A DNA stretch of 62,877 nucleotides, filler included, from 8 parts of 8 records of this genome joined end to end with filler, not necessarily neighbours in it; one strand, 5' to 3'. Shown: positions 1-13,440, counted from the first letter of the whole stretch. Made by a program: numbers and translations. The notes: generated from the sequence alone by a model not told the origin.

Positions 1-3000
1 TCCTCGGGGACCGAGAGGTAGTCCGCGCTGCCTACATTCCGAGGCGACCCGTCCCCTCGAGTGCCCTCCGCTCGGGTGGCGCTCCCGGTGGGCCAATCTG
101 CCGCTCTACGCTGACTCGGTTGTGTGCAGACCCGGGAAAAACAGGACCCGGCCGAGTTGATCGAGGAGACGGTCCCGGCAGAGCGGGAACAGTGGGTGAA
201 TGGCGGCCAGGCGACGAACAGCTCCTCCGGCGATGCGGAGCTCGATTTCGAAACGCTGATGGCGCTGGGGAAACAGGAATTCAAGAAGGTGATCGAGGAG
301 GCGTTCAGCATCCTCGATCACGGCGTGATCAACCACCTGCTCAAGCTGGAGGATCAAAAGGGTGTGGACGAGGCGGCCCAGGCTGACAATTCGAGCACGG
401 CCGTGCTAAACGCAATCAACCCGAATAGTGCGCGCCCCCTGCGGTCGGGTGCCAGCCAGGGGACAGTGCTGGGCGACGCCGCCAGCCAGTACGACAATCC
501 GCAGCCGGTGGGCGGCTAGGTCTGCGAGTCGTGTGACCCGCCCAACAGGTGGGCCTGGCTACAATAGCAGAGTTTGGCACCGGCATCATTAAGGATCTGG
601 CCGAGAAAGCTGTCGAGAGCGTCAAGGTCATCCATGCGCTACCGGGCTGTGCCGACCTAGATTAACTATTCGTAGGGTCTCGCCCCCAAGCTTGTCAAGC
701 TTGATGGAATCAAGAATACCCTCAAACAGATCACAAAGAGGGGTAGCCAGTCCTGCCTACGCACCTTGCCCTGATGGGAAGGGAGGAACAGGGTTGCCCA
801 AGATCGACAAGCGCAGTGCTGACTTTGCCAAGAAAGTCGTGCTAACCGCCTTCGATGGCATTGCTGATGCCATCACTGAGCTGGGAGAGATCTTGGAACC
901 TATTGTCCAACCGCTTCTTGATAAGATCAAGGTCTTATTCGAGCAAGGCGCGGCACTCCCCGACAGGCAGTTCAAACTAGCTGAGGTAGGCGTCTCGCGC
1001 AGCCACATCTGACTGCAACATTTCGGGAGCAGGTGGTGAGTCCGAAACTGATCAAGAAAGTGATGGATACTGCAAAGCGCTTGCTTGGAGGGGACAAACT
1101 GGATGAGCTAATGATGATGCAAAAGAGTGCCTCTGGCCACCACATGCATGAGACCCAAAATGAGACCCAAAAGGATTGGCAAACAGCTTGGGGAATTGTG
1201 CGAGCTAGCGGACTAGACATCAATTTAGGCCGGGGGCAGGTTCTTGATCTGCCACTTGTAAGTTCAGGAGTTGCAGTTGCACTTCCAGGACTTGGTAAGG
1301 AGGACTTCCAGGCCTGGACGTCGCAACTCGGGACATCGTTCTCTGTCTCGCTTGTAATTCCGTTGTGCTTCGTCGATCCATCTGTGGAGTGCACCCCATA
1401 CTTCTTGTTGAACTTTGGTACGACTCGCTAGGCTAAAGCAGGGCTGATCAATCATTAGGTGGAGGAATACAATTTTCTGCTGGGTCAACAGGACCACTGA
1501 AGCCACCATGGGACAAACAGAGGCAAGGCGCGAAAGAAGATTGTGATATGGAGTACAAGTGGCGGTGTCTTGATCACCCTGTGTGGATATCACCTGAAGG
1601 ACTGGTAGGTGCGCTCACAGTGTAGATCGTGACGCTGTCGTCACGGCCATCTTAGAAGCTTTCGATGCAGAAGCTGAAAGAGATCAGCTGGACGGCAGGA
1701 AGTGCCCAGCGTGCCCAAAGTGTGTACAACCAGCTGCAAGGCCCCGTGGTGCCTCCTACCAGGAACCAGCCGCAAGGGCTCGTGGCGCCTCTTACCAGGG
1801 GCCACAAGAGCAACAACCAGCAGGGCAGCACAAGGTGTGCGAGCAAGCTGCTGCAAGGCCCCGTGGTGTCTCCTACCAGGAAAACGACTGCCAACGATCC
1901 CTGGTAAGGCAATACTTGGTGCTGCTGCAGTGATTGGTGCGACAGGCCAAAATTTACTGGGCACAGGAACATTGGTGTCGGAATGCTTTCGTCGAAGAGG
2001 GGAAATGTGGGTTCGACAGGGCTATGCTAGCGGCCTGCTTGAACCGAAAAAAACGAGAGCCCGACTTTCTGACCAAAGGCATTCCAGACATTGTATGGGA
2101 GTTGGTGTTCATGAACGATTGCATGAGTTTGGCTCCGCAGTGCATCTGGAAACAAGAAGCGAACAAGGGCAGGGACTGGTGCCAGCAAAACCCGGCATTC
2201 TTCGAGATCTCTCTCCTTGGCCAGGTACGTCTCTTTGTCTGAGGTAGAATCTTTTTTCTGTATCAAATGTGTCTTGGATTGCAGTTTTCCTTGGGGCTGG
2301 CCTTTGGGGGTGGCAAGCAGTATTACCCTGATAGCACCATTCTCTATGCGGATCGGTCGCATGCATCTTCGATTGGAAGGCACTTCTGCGCACACCTGCT
2401 TGGATTGACCAAAGCGGTGGCAGGGGGTTTGGTATCTCTACAACATGGCCGAATCAGCCTGATCCAGACGCTGTGACGACCAAAAGTTTGCAATCGCGCG
2501 TCACGGACGGTGCGTTGACTGGCGCTGTCGTCGGGGCAGTCGCTGGCGGGATGATATCTGGCTCGCCTTTCGCGGGGGCTGCTGGTGCTGCTGCTGGTGC
2601 TGGTGCTGCTGGTATTGCTGCTGGTGCTGCTGGTGCTCTTGGTAGAATTCCCGGGGTTGACAAAGCGCTGTATGTTGTTGACAAAGCGCTGTATGCTTTT
2701 GACCGACTTTTGAAGACGAGAGGGCTTGACGGCATTACATTTGTAAGTCAGCACTGGCAATTTTGAAGGTCTCACCTCTGTGTCCACAGAACGTCGGCGA
2801 CCTTTTTCCGTGTCAACCAGACGACGGTGCACCCTAAATGCTGTCATCCCTCGCCACATCTGACTGTGGCGACAACCAGGGGAATACGAGATACCGCTCA
2901 TTGGTCTCACAGGTATTAGCTTGGATTTCACCTTGCCGCAGGGGAGTGGTCTAATCGAGAAGGCGATCAGAGGGGAAAAGCTAGATGCAAAGACATGGTT

Positions 3001-6000
3001 GCTTGATAATCCATTGTTAAATCCGCTGGCTATGCTTGGGCCGCTGTCAACCAGATACTGGATGTCTATCTCATCGAAAGCGGGCGGGCTACAGCCAGGA
3101 GTCTTTGCAACCGGCTTACTTGGAGATGATAGCATAATCAAAACAGAAGGGAGGAAGCTCCTCCCGAGGTGCCCAGCTTTCCCCTCGTGAGGCCGTATTT
3201 CTGACTCTGGGCAGTTCACCATATCTTGAATGGAGCCATTGCAATTTTATTGCCCGCAATCAGGGAGACGCAATTATTAAGCAAAAGGGAGAATACAAGT
3301 GTTCCCAAACTGGTGGAGAAGCACCTGGACGCCCGTATTGGCCTCCTCTCTTACAAGGAGGGAAGACGTGCGAGAAACAGTTCCCATTGGCACAAAATCT
3401 ATACCAGCAGTGGCTGACGGCATATCGCGCACATGGTGCCAGAGCATGGACTCATTCTAACCTTTTGTTGTGGACATTGGACCAAAAAGCAGCATTCCTA
3501 ACAGAGCTGGTAGCACGACAGCCCAGAAACGTCAGAATCGACGTATTGCAACACTGGGAGCACGCAGAAAGGAGTGACGATTTTAAAGATTTTTTCCCCA
3601 AAGGATCTACAGCTGCTGTAGTAGCAAGAATGAGTAACTGTTACCACACTATGTTATACGAAGATTTTCGGTCCAAGAAGGAGATGCCACTCTACTGCGC
3701 AGCTGTGGCAACCAAAGAGGAAATCGAGGCGGCGGCCAATCCCACAGGGGAAGGGCTCCAAGAGAGGCTGCTCCATGATAACAGGCTGCTCCATCGCGAT
3801 GCCGAACGAAACTCGGTTCATGTAGCAAGGTTGGTGGAAACAGAGGCTTCTGAGGTGAGATCTGACTATCTTGGCCATATGAGAGGGTATTGTCAGGCAA
3901 GCCAGACACAGTACCGGGTGACAAGCCAACTCGATCGCGGGTGATGCTCCTTACGATATTGAGCAACTGATGTCATGTACGCATTTCTCAGGTGGTCGAT
4001 TGGAGTTTCGTACGGCATCGCGATTGCAATTCCTTTCGAGAGCAGCATTGGCGAGAGCAAGCAGTGGGAAACAAATGGTGGCTTCATTCCGGATTCTGGT
4101 GAGCAGTGGGCCAATGCTATAGCAGTGCTAGGTGCCATGACCCCCCAGCCCCTCGTCGGTGGCATCATTGGTGGCGCAATTGGTGAGGCGATCGTGCCAA
4201 ACTCGACGGCCTCTGGGTGTTTTTTCAATCCATTCGATCCATTGGCCTATCAGAAGACGACAGCAATTCAGAACAAAGTCTACAACGACGAACTGGTGCA
4301 ATCAAGTGCTGCTGTGAAGTTCACGAAGCCTGATGCGACTATGTTCCTCAAATTCCTCAGCAACTACATGATTCAAGGCAGGCGAGTGGCTTGGTATGGT
4401 CGGACCGCTTTACAATTCCCGGTGTGCTCAGGCTTGCAGGCGACTTTTGCATCGGCAGCAGCAAGAATTGCGACTCTAAGGACTCGCTGCGGGCATTGAT
4501 AGGCACGGTTGAGCTCCCAACTGACCTTTCGAGGCTCACGCTCAGCGTTGAGGCCGCGAGTGTCACTCTCGGTTCACTGCTCTTTCTTGGCGCTGAAGGC
4601 ATTCATCACATCGCAGGCACAGCTGACTATAGTATATGCGGAGACTCTGCCTAGGCGGGACTGATGCTGGTCCTCTGGACAGGTATAGGCGAACACTGGG
4701 CTGAGAAGATACTCCAGGCTTGTAGGTGCGTACGTGTGGCATAGCAAGACATATAACCTAATGCACGGTGTGCAGCACGATTGGCGTAGCGAAAATGGGT
4801 TTGAAGGACCTCAAGCTGGCGCTGACTATTGCGCCTGAAAGTAAGACGATCGAGATAACTGCAAGAACCAGCACGTTTCTTCCGCCGGCAATGAAAGGGC
4901 TGGACGGCTTTGCCAAGTTCATGGTGGATGGGATTGCACAGGCAACGAACAGTCTCACATACAATACTAACATCATGATGAATCTGGAGGCAAAGACTCT
5001 GGATCTGGAGTTCGGGGCAAGCCTTACATGCACGAGCCTGAATGAGACCGTGCTGCGCAGGTGAGTCTGCCGCAGCTGGAAGTCTCGGACACAGTCCGGA
5101 TTGAAAACAACGGGCTGGTGACTGCTGGACCACCACAGACAAACTGATAAAATGGGCCAGGGCTTGGCGCTGGTGGTCGGGCTCAAAGGGACCAAAGCTG
5201 CAGTACCACCCCCGAAGCAGGGTTTGTAGTTCTGATCTTTATCTGTCAGGCCACTCCTTTCTTTGGAACTGATCTTGGGATTCGCATTTGTGTTGCGGTC
5301 AAGGCTGGTTTACCGGATAAACAAAAGTGCAAACAGCAGGTGTCTAGCGTAATGTGGCCTTGCTGACTGCGACTTTAGGTGGATAACAAAGACGTGCATA
5401 CTAACGATGCATGGATCGCTTTCAAAGGCAGGCTGGAGCTGGCAACCGGAGCGGCAGGCAGCGCTCTCGGCTGAAGCATTCCTTGATTGACTGTGGTTCA
5501 CACACGCAGGTCCCGAGTTGATAGGAGACCTGGCCCTGACCTCTCCGTGGTACAACGCTCTTGGGCTGCCTTTTGCGCATCTTAAAGGCGTTAGTGTAAA
5601 GACCGGATTCATTGTGGCGTGGCCGCCAGTCCCATCAAAATTCGTTTTTGCCGGTGTCCGGCCTCAAAGAGTGTTGTCACTGACCCATTAGTAGGCACTC
5701 TCTGCCTTGGCAGCAAGCCAACCTGTATGGGCAAGAGCGCAACGAAGAAGCCCAACACTCCTGGCAACTTCATGGTGCCTGCTTTCTGGTTGCAGCAGGT
5801 TGAGTTCTTGCTCTCAGATACAAGGCTCCGCATTTGTTGGGCTCGACTTTGTTGACGCCACACAGAATGCTTTCATGGGCATGTGCTCAGAGTTAACCTT
5901 AGGCAAGATTCTGGGCACTCTGGGCGACTCGATCGACGCAGCTGCTGGTGTGCTCCCGCCGGATGGCTTTGGGGGGATCTCTGGAAGCAAGTTTCACCAA

Positions 6001-9000
6001 TGGCGCGAAGATTTACCTGAGGAGGTGCCTTCTATTGGGCGTGCAAGCCATTCACTGTTTGTTGGCAGGTGAGAAATTCTGGAATCTACCCTCGGAAGCA
6101 GTGTCATGGCACTGATAAGGTCAATCCAACCAAGCTCGAGTGCTTTGCACGGTTCTCATTCGCAAGTGGTGGACGCGGCTTTAGCACTCCTTATGGAACG
6201 GTGATGCCAACGCTCTCTAAGCAGTGTTCGACAATGGGTTGCAGGTGACAGTGCCAGCTGGTTTGGTGGTGTCAGGGAGGATGAAGCTTCACGACTGGTC
6301 GCTCGATCTGGAATTTGTCATTGGACACACAGGCAATCACACTTGATCATCATTCGCTAGTTAATGTATCTTGGTTGGTGCAGGCTTCAAGGTCGACTCT
6401 GAGATGTCTCCAATCATCATCAAGGACGGTCCTACTGAGCTCGTCTCGATTACACGAGCGCGGGATAACCGTCGTGAAGGGCCCAAGTTCTATCTGATGG
6501 CCGACTTGGTCTCAGGCGTCGCTGTCGATATCAAAGGGTGCCTCAATTCTCTTGACTGATGTGCTAGATTATGGCCTGGTGCGGTGTAGGCTTATGGATA
6601 TTCCGCACCTGAAGACAGCTGCTCCAGTGGACATCCGAATTGGCTCCAAAGGGTTCAAAACCGTGCTGTAATTCACACAAATCTGCGTTAGTTGAGCTGA
6701 CTGGAATGGACAGATACAGCAAGGTGGCCGATCTGACTGATGCCGAGGTCGAAGTGAGCTGGACATGGGACCGGTACATGATGGCACTTGCGGGCGCTTG
6801 ATTGAGTGATGATGGCAGCAAAAACTTCCTGGTGAAGGGCGACTTCGAACCGCTCGACATTAAGTTGAATGGGTCCCTCATCGCTAATTGCTCAGGCTGA
6901 TGCCATTTGATGCATGCAGGTACCACTTGCTGGAAGTAAAGCGGGACAAGTATTCAATGAATCAGCTGCTTCTGCAGATCCACCAGGAGTTGCTCCAGCT
7001 TAACCAGCCGCACGATCCTTACACAGCAGTGGTGCTAGAGAGGAATAAGCCGTTCAGTGACCAAGAAATTGAGCTTATACAATCAATTCCAACCGAACCC
7101 GCTGACGAGACGGAGCTACTTGATATCCCAAGCTTTAGCATCCCAAGTGTGTCCGGCATCAATCCCGAGATGGACGATTTTAATTTCCCAATGCCAACTC
7201 TGCCGAGCATCACAATGCCGAAACTACCGAGCATCACACCGCCAACTATGCCCTGGGACTCTCTGGACACGGAGGAAGAGGATATACCAGCTCTCAACAA
7301 GTTCACACGCAAGGCTAGTGGTTGTCAATGCTATTGGGACCTCACGCGATACGACTGCGCGTGTTGCGACGAATCTGTGAAAGCATGCCAGTGTGGCAAG
7401 AAACGCAAGGACAGCTGCACCGAATGTGGGAATCCAAAGTTCTGCCGCCGTCCTAATGGTCCCAAGATTCACTTCGAGGTGAAGGATGGCGATCCCGTGA
7501 TAGACATTCGAGGATACGCGGCTCTCCCATTTCTGCAGACTTATGGAACCGTGACTCTGATGAATGACGAGAACCTGTTTAAGTTCCAAATGGAGGCACA
7601 GGTTGTTTCCAGTGTTGCATCTCTAAGCCGATGTGGTATTTAGGTACTTGGAATCGCCAGGGCCAGCCTGGGGCTGACACACGTGAAATCGCACAACAGG
7701 CAGCCGCAGAGACTGACAGTGGAAGGAGACTTTCAGCTTACAGGTGTGCCATATCTATTGTTGCTGGGTCCCGCTCACAGATGGGCAGGCATAGATGGGA
7801 TTGAGGTTCAGATCATCGCGCAAGCTGCACGTGATGTCGAAACAGTGCTAAAAGGGATCGATCAGGCTATCGTCTGGGTGTGTTCCTTACTCTGGTTACG
7901 CCATGCCCGTGAGTGGTGCCGTTGCGCAGGCGGTAGGTCAGCTGGATTGGCACATTACAAATGTCGAAAACATCTACAAGGGCGTACAAGCCCTCGACGT
8001 TTTTAAGGCAGCAAAGGCGCTTCGAGACGGTACGCAGCTGGAAGTGTGCAACCTAAGCGACTTTCAGAGATAATTGATGGACCACTGGGGCTCGAAAAAG
8101 CGAAAGAAAGGGTGAAGAACATTCCTGACGATTTTCTGAAACTTCACCAAACCTTGACCACTGGCCCTGCTATCAAGTACAGCACCGTTAAGTGAGTCTC
8201 GATCCCTTGCCAGGGAGCTGCATCTTGGCCAGTTGCACTTGATGGCATTGCCAGGGAGCTGATCCGCATGTTCAAGGATTCCCCTGGAAAAGCCGCACAG
8301 TTGTTTGATGAAGCTGCTGGCCCGGTGAATGCACCGTCTGCCGTCAGCAATCGTGCGCAGGTTGCAGAGCTTTTGCGCATTAAGCACGCTAGCTTCAACG
8401 TTCAAGTGGACTCTAGCGGCTTGGACTGGGAGACGTCCGTGCAAGCGAGTTCCCAATCTGTGCTTCTGCCAGTACTCGCAACAAGTGGTCACCTTACACA
8501 CGGTGCACTAACTGACATCATAGCTGATGATGGGCGAACTGAACAGGTGAGCTGAATGATCTCAAGGACGCGCTCAGTCCAGAGAAGCTGGCAAAGGTGG
8601 CTGGCCTTATTCAGAGCGGGTCGTGTTCAACCTCCTTGGGGTGGTACAGAAACTGGTGGACGAAGCGCTTGGAGCTCTCACCCAGCTTGGCGAAGAGATC
8701 AGCAAGTGAGCAGCTCGACGTCACCATCCTGCATGCTGAGCATGAGGATGCAGATTGACCGAGGATTTTGTCGAGACAATGGCAGCAGAGGCCGACAAGA
8801 TTTTGAAGGTCGGTTATTGGTCTCCACCCGTATAGTACAGTAAGGATGCCCGTATAGTAAGGATTTTATCCAGTTTATCCTGTTTATGCGTTAGTTTAGC
8901 AAGGCTTTTGATGCAGGAAATCACCGGGCTTTTTGACAATGTGGGGAAAACGCTTGAAAAGGGAGCCAACGATGTGGGGAAAGCGCTTGAAAAGGGAGCC

Positions 9001-9054
9001 AACGATGTAGGCGAAGTGCTTGGGATACATCGTCGCAGAAGAAGGTGGTGGTGA
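1..9054 (+). CDS. Very large multi-exon uncharacterised protein (5'-partial) with glycine-zipper-like segments, a beta-rich region, a Cys-rich module and C-terminal amphipathic repeats ending HRRRRRWW
   Basis: Successive + strand ORF fragments join in frame after removing 41-60 nt introns, e.g. 508-548, 627-675, 743-791, 986-1032, 1418-1458, 1609-1655, 2225-2284, 2380-2423, 2743-2789, 3169-3214, 3941-3991, 4382-4431, 4632-4682, 4726-4775 and 5017-5060. The stop TGA is at 9052-9054. Junctions after about 5600 were not all traced. Confidence 0.7.
1732..1880 (+). repeat. Three coding repeats AAR(P/A)RG(A/V)SYQ
   Basis: A gctgcaaggccccgtggtgcctcctaccagg-like unit occurs three times. The frame is fixed by the flanking splice junctions. 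Confidence 0.7.
8938..9009 (+). repeat. 33-bp coding tandem repeat (DVGKxLEKGAN)
   Basis: gtggggaaa(a/g)cgcttgaaaagggagccaacgat occurs twice, plus a partial third copy, just before the stop. Confidence 0.8.
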
Positions 9055-9691
9055 TTGCGTGCTGGTGTGGTTCATCCTTAGTTCTTCCCGGGAGGGTTCG
9101 CGGGTGCGAACAAATGTAATTTAACCAGGAACAAGCGGTTGCTATGGTGCTAGGACCGCCGCGCTTGCAGAATTAGATACTGTAGCAAGATGAGTGATTA
9201 TAGACGCACTATGCGATAGGATGCCCTGAGCATGCAGATTTTTGCTATAGGCCACTAAAGATCCATAGAATCTGCATCGAATCGAGTTAGAATCGAGTCC
9301 TATCCTTGTATTCCAGCCTACCCACCGCCCGCCACCGCCACATTTTTTACATCTCTCCGTCCACGAGCCGAGCTCTACTTGTATTATAAATAATTAATTG
9401 TAATAACGAAAACGCCTCGAATTGAATGAGCAGTGAACAAGGGAGGGCCAGCGGCTAGCCAGCGGCTGGGTTCGGAGAGAGCTATTAAGCTCGAGTCTTA
9501 ATTAGACTAAAGAAGCGCAAGCAGATCTAGAGAAGGCGCTGGAATGGAGTGAGAGCAAAGACACGAGAGAGCTACTCAAGGTGACCCTAGAGAGAGGCTA
9601 GGCCTCTGCACAAAGCAGTGGCGCCGGCTACAGTTGTACACGTACTGTCGCCTCTTTTTTCGCTTTATTTTAGACCGAGCTGCTGCACGGG

Positions 9692-11497
9692 ATGCCACGC
9701 CGCAGGCCGGCGTCGGAGCTCGAGCGGCTGGGCTCAGATCTACTCTGCAACCACGGCGGCACCGGCTTGGCCACTCGCCGCCGGCCGGCCACTGCGTCCG
9801 GCCGCCGCTCGACCAGCGCCGCCCGCCGTCGCCCGCGAAGCAGCACTGGCCGGCGCCCCAGCAAACCCAGCGGACCACCAGGGCGGATCGAGTCGCACCC
9901 GTGGCTGCGGCAGCCCCAGAGCACCACCAGACCGGCGCAGGCCCGGGCCCGCCGCCCGTCGAAGAGCGACGGGCCGATCGAGCCGCCAGAGGTGCGGATC
10001 GATGCAGTGACACTGCTGATTGCAGAGGCCAAAGGTGCAGCGGCCGGCCCGGGGCTAGGCCAATGGCTGGTGGGGACAGTGCGCGGGGAGCCAGATCGGG
10101 TGGTGGCGCTCACTGTCGAGCTGGTGGCTTTGTCGCACATGGTCTATGGGGCCCGGACTGTGCAGATTGCCAGGGCCTACTGGTCGCTGGCCGATGCATA
10201 TTTGCGGTAGCAGTGCATGGCCATCCAGCCGGGTGATGGTCGGGCTGGCAGTAAACGGCTGCCCGACCAGGCGCTGGAGCATTGCCAGCGGTCACATCAA
10301 ATTGTGCCTGTGCGACAGTCCAGCCCTAGCTTAGACTGGCCAGGTGGTGGCACTCGTTTCGAGTGAAGAGGCGGCGGCTAAATTCGAGCCTACCGTCTTG
10401 CTTACGATGGGCATGTAGCGGATCCGGCTGGGGGCGTTTGCTCATTCCGCCGCAGGTGCTGCACTATGCTATCACGATACAGCGAGGCCAGCAAGTCAGT
10501 TCTAGCTGCCTACTGCAACTGAGCCGGCTGGACTGCAGGGCGCTGAAGCGGGCGCTGCAACTTGTGCAGAATATGTACGGAGAGGACCACCCTGGCACAG
10601 TGTTAGTACATATGGGGCTAGCTAATATGTTCCAGGCCCAGCAGAGGTGACTTGTTATGGCTGTCGACTTCTCATGGCTATTTTGAACGGCAGGTGGACC
10701 GATGCACGGGACCATCTGGTCCGAGCCTGGGAGGTGAAGGAGGACGAATGCAGGCAGTTGAACAATAGCCCAGACGACGACACCAGTGAGCTTGCAGAGA
10801 TCTACTTGGAGCTGGGCAAGGTCTTGCGTGCGCTGAGCTGTGTCACGCAATTGGGTCTGTCCAGGTCTATGGCAAGCTGGAAGAGGAGAGCACAGCTCTA
10901 GATATGTATCAGCGAGCATTGCGCATATTTTCTGCAAAGTCGGCCGGGACTCTGCTCGAGGGCAAGGCCTCCGTGCAGGTTGCAACCCTGCAGAGCAAGC
11001 TCGGGCAGTTCGACCAGGCCTTGCTCAGTTTCCAGCTGGCCTCATCTGTTTACCAAGCCAGATACGGGGAGCAGCACAAAAAGACACTTGATGTCTGGCG
11101 GAAGATCTGTTTGCTCTTGGTCAAGCTCAAGCGCTTTGACGAGGCAGAGGCGCAGCTGCTTCAAGTGCTCAAAAGCGAGAAGGCCGAATTCGGCCCTATG
11201 AGCCCTAGCATTGTGGAGACGTACAAACTGCTGGCGATGGTTTACAAAGTAAATGGCAAGCATCCGATGATGGTGGAGGTACAGCTATCAAGCCCCCCAA
11301 CCAGCGACAAGTACTGGGGCTTGTAGGTATATGAGACAATGAGGTGCGCTTCGAAAATTTATGCAATTACCAAAGATGCACGCATGACTTCTTGGTACAG
11401 GTACGACACAGATATGGACGGAGCCATCAACGAAAGTGAATTGCGCAGAGCCTGCTTAGACTTTTTAAGGGAGCATATGGACCAAGCACCAAGTTAG
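9692..11497 (+). CDS. TTC23/kinesin-light-chain-like TPR protein with a C-terminal EF-hand (multi-exon)
   Basis: The spliced product has VALSHMVYG...ARAYWSLADAYL...PDQALEHCQR, TPR-like YGEDHP/YGEQHKKT motifs and the EF-hand loop YDTDMDGAINESEL. The stop TAG is at 11495-11497. Confidence 0.7.
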
Positions 11498-11968
11498 TGG
11501 GACCGTAGCATACGTACACGCAAGTGTGGCAGCTGATTGCTGGCCGATCGTTTAAAACCACAATCATAATCAATTACGTCAATTATTGTTTGAGAATCTG
11601 ATCATTCTAATTGATACGAGTATCGATACGGCCTTGGTGCTCGGGTGCTCTAAGCGCCCAAGCGCCCAAGCGCCTTAGAGGAGTTCGGAAAGAAAGCTTG
11701 ACTTTACGCTATAAGTCGAGAGAAAATGTTTTGCATTTAATAAGCTTCGTAAGTGTTAATCGTCTCTAGATCACTCTACGGCCATGCTACAGGCTCCACG
11801 CAATGCAGCCACGTGCGTTACACGTGCGTGTACTGTACCGTTACTACCGTAGCAGTTCATTTCGCAGGTCTTTTCTTTTTTCTTTTCTCTCAACGTCATC
11901 AGCGCTCGCGGTTTGGGTCATCGAAACGCGGGAGCACATCATGTGCGGTGAGTGACAGACAGGCGGAG

Positions 11969-13213
11969 ATGGAGGACGAGCTCCCTACCAGCTCCTGCAG
12001 TCGGGTCCAGCCTGCTAAGCTTGCCAATGGAGTCCCGCCTATCACCTTCGGCAAAGCGAACGGGGTCGGTAAAGCGAACGGGGCGCCGCCAGCGCTATCG
12101 AGTCAGGCCTCAAAGCGCGCAAAGCGGCCGCGGGGGACCGGGTCAGGACTGGAAGCTCGATTGTGCGGGGCCCGGCCGCGCCAGCTCCGTAGGCTGTTGC
12201 GCCTCCGTGCCACTGATCCCGCGGTCGGTCGGCTGCTCACCCAGCACGAGCTCTACCCCCGGCTGCGCGGGGACCGGGCCGGCAAGCCGCGATGTGTGCT
12301 CCAGTTTTTTCAAAGTGTGCCGTACAAGCCGGCCCGGCCGAGTCCAGCGAGGAAGCTCACGCTGACGAAGCGCGAGCTGCTGGCCAAGCGAGCGAGAGAC
12401 TATCTCGAGCAGGTGCGGTATACCACAGGAGACATCGCAGCTTTCGTTCAGCTACTGCAGAGTGGGCAGCTGTCGCGCCAGCTCTCGGCAGGAGTAACGC
12501 AGCTGTTTGAGGATAAGCATCCCGAACTCGTGAAGCAGTTTGCCGAGTTTGTCAACAGCAACCGGGGGAACCAGGTGTGCAATGGCTTTAGCCAATCCTC
12601 GCCGCGGCCTGAGGAGCGAGATGTGGTGATATCACGAGGTAGGGCGTTTGGGCTGCGGCGGCTCGACTGTGTCAACCACGAGATGCTCCTCCAATTCCGA
12701 AGCTTGGCTGAACTTTCCTTTGAGCAGAGCGATTTCGATGAGGACATGGACGCTTACCAGCAGAATATCGCGGCTCAGGAGAGGAGCTTGATCAGCGCAA
12801 CGCTGGACGAGAAGGACGTGTTTCACGCATCATGCATGTGTCCGATGCACCCTTCAGAGATACATATAGACAGTGAGGACGATATGAATGAGAGCTGGAT
12901 CGAAGAGCAAGACGCAAAACTTCTCGATCTTTTTGAAGATGTCACCGATGCGGACAAAGACTTCATGCGATTATGGAACGCATTCAGACGAAATAATCCG
13001 TCCCTGATATCTGACAATCGGCTATGCCAGGGCCTCAGCAAATTTGTTGAGCAGCATCGTGACGAGATCGCCGGCCCATTGAATTCAGCGTATTCCATGC
13101 ATTTGCTAACTTGCTGGGAGATGGGCTTGTTGCTATCATCCGAGATCGAAAAACTGTCCAGAGCTGCCTGTACTGGGCCGCCGGCTATGCATGCAAAACC
13201 ATCGTCCAAATAA
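11969..13213 (+). CDS. SUZ12: Polycomb PRC2 SUZ12/EMF2-family VEFS-box protein with an internal PAH-like domain
   Basis: The C-terminus FHAS..PM...IDSEDD...W...LLDLFEDVTDADKDFMRLWNAF...HLLTCWEMGLL follows the VEFS-box consensus. ARDYLEQVR...FVQLL...VTQLFEDKHPELVKQFAEFV resembles a Sin3 PAH repeat. The likely start is ATG 11969 (MEDEL). Confidence 0.8.
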   Translation: MEDELPTSSCSRVQPAKLANGVPPITFGKANGVGKANGAPPALSSQASKRAKRPRGTGSGLEARLCGARPRQLRRLLRLRATDPAVGRLLTQHELYPRLRGDRAGKPRCVLQFFQSVPYKPARPSPARKLTLTKRELLAKRARDYLEQVRYTTGDIAAFVQLLQSGQLSRQLSAGVTQLFEDKHPELVKQFAEFVNSNRGNQVCNGFSQSSPRPEERDVVISRGRAFGLRRLDCVNHEMLLQFRSLAELSFEQSDFDEDMDAYQQNIAAQERSLISATLDEKDVFHASCMCPMHPSEIHIDSEDDMNESWIEEQDAKLLDLFEDVTDADKDFMRLWNAFRRNNPSLISDNRLCQGLSKFVEQHRDEIAGPLNSAYSMHLLTCWEMGLLLSSEIEKLSRAACTGPPAMHAKPSSK

Positions 13214-13440
13214 GTTTTAATTAGTGATGATCCTTTAGTGGAGTTGGTTGAACGACCGTACACGTAGACTTCGTAGCTTATTGCACTGTTTTAATTTGAG
13301 CAAGTGCTGGTACGATACCAATAGCTAGCTAGCTACAAGTTTCTAACTATAAGCTTGCATTTGTACACGTACATGTATACTATAATGTTATTTGTTGAAC
13401 TGATCTACGTATATCGAGAGGTAAACACAGCTATTCACTG

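Noticed and set aside
4632-4682. In-frame TAG at 4652-4654 in the giant gene
   Set aside because: It lies inside a 51-nt GT-AG intron whose removal gives a continuous frame (DYS-IGEHW).
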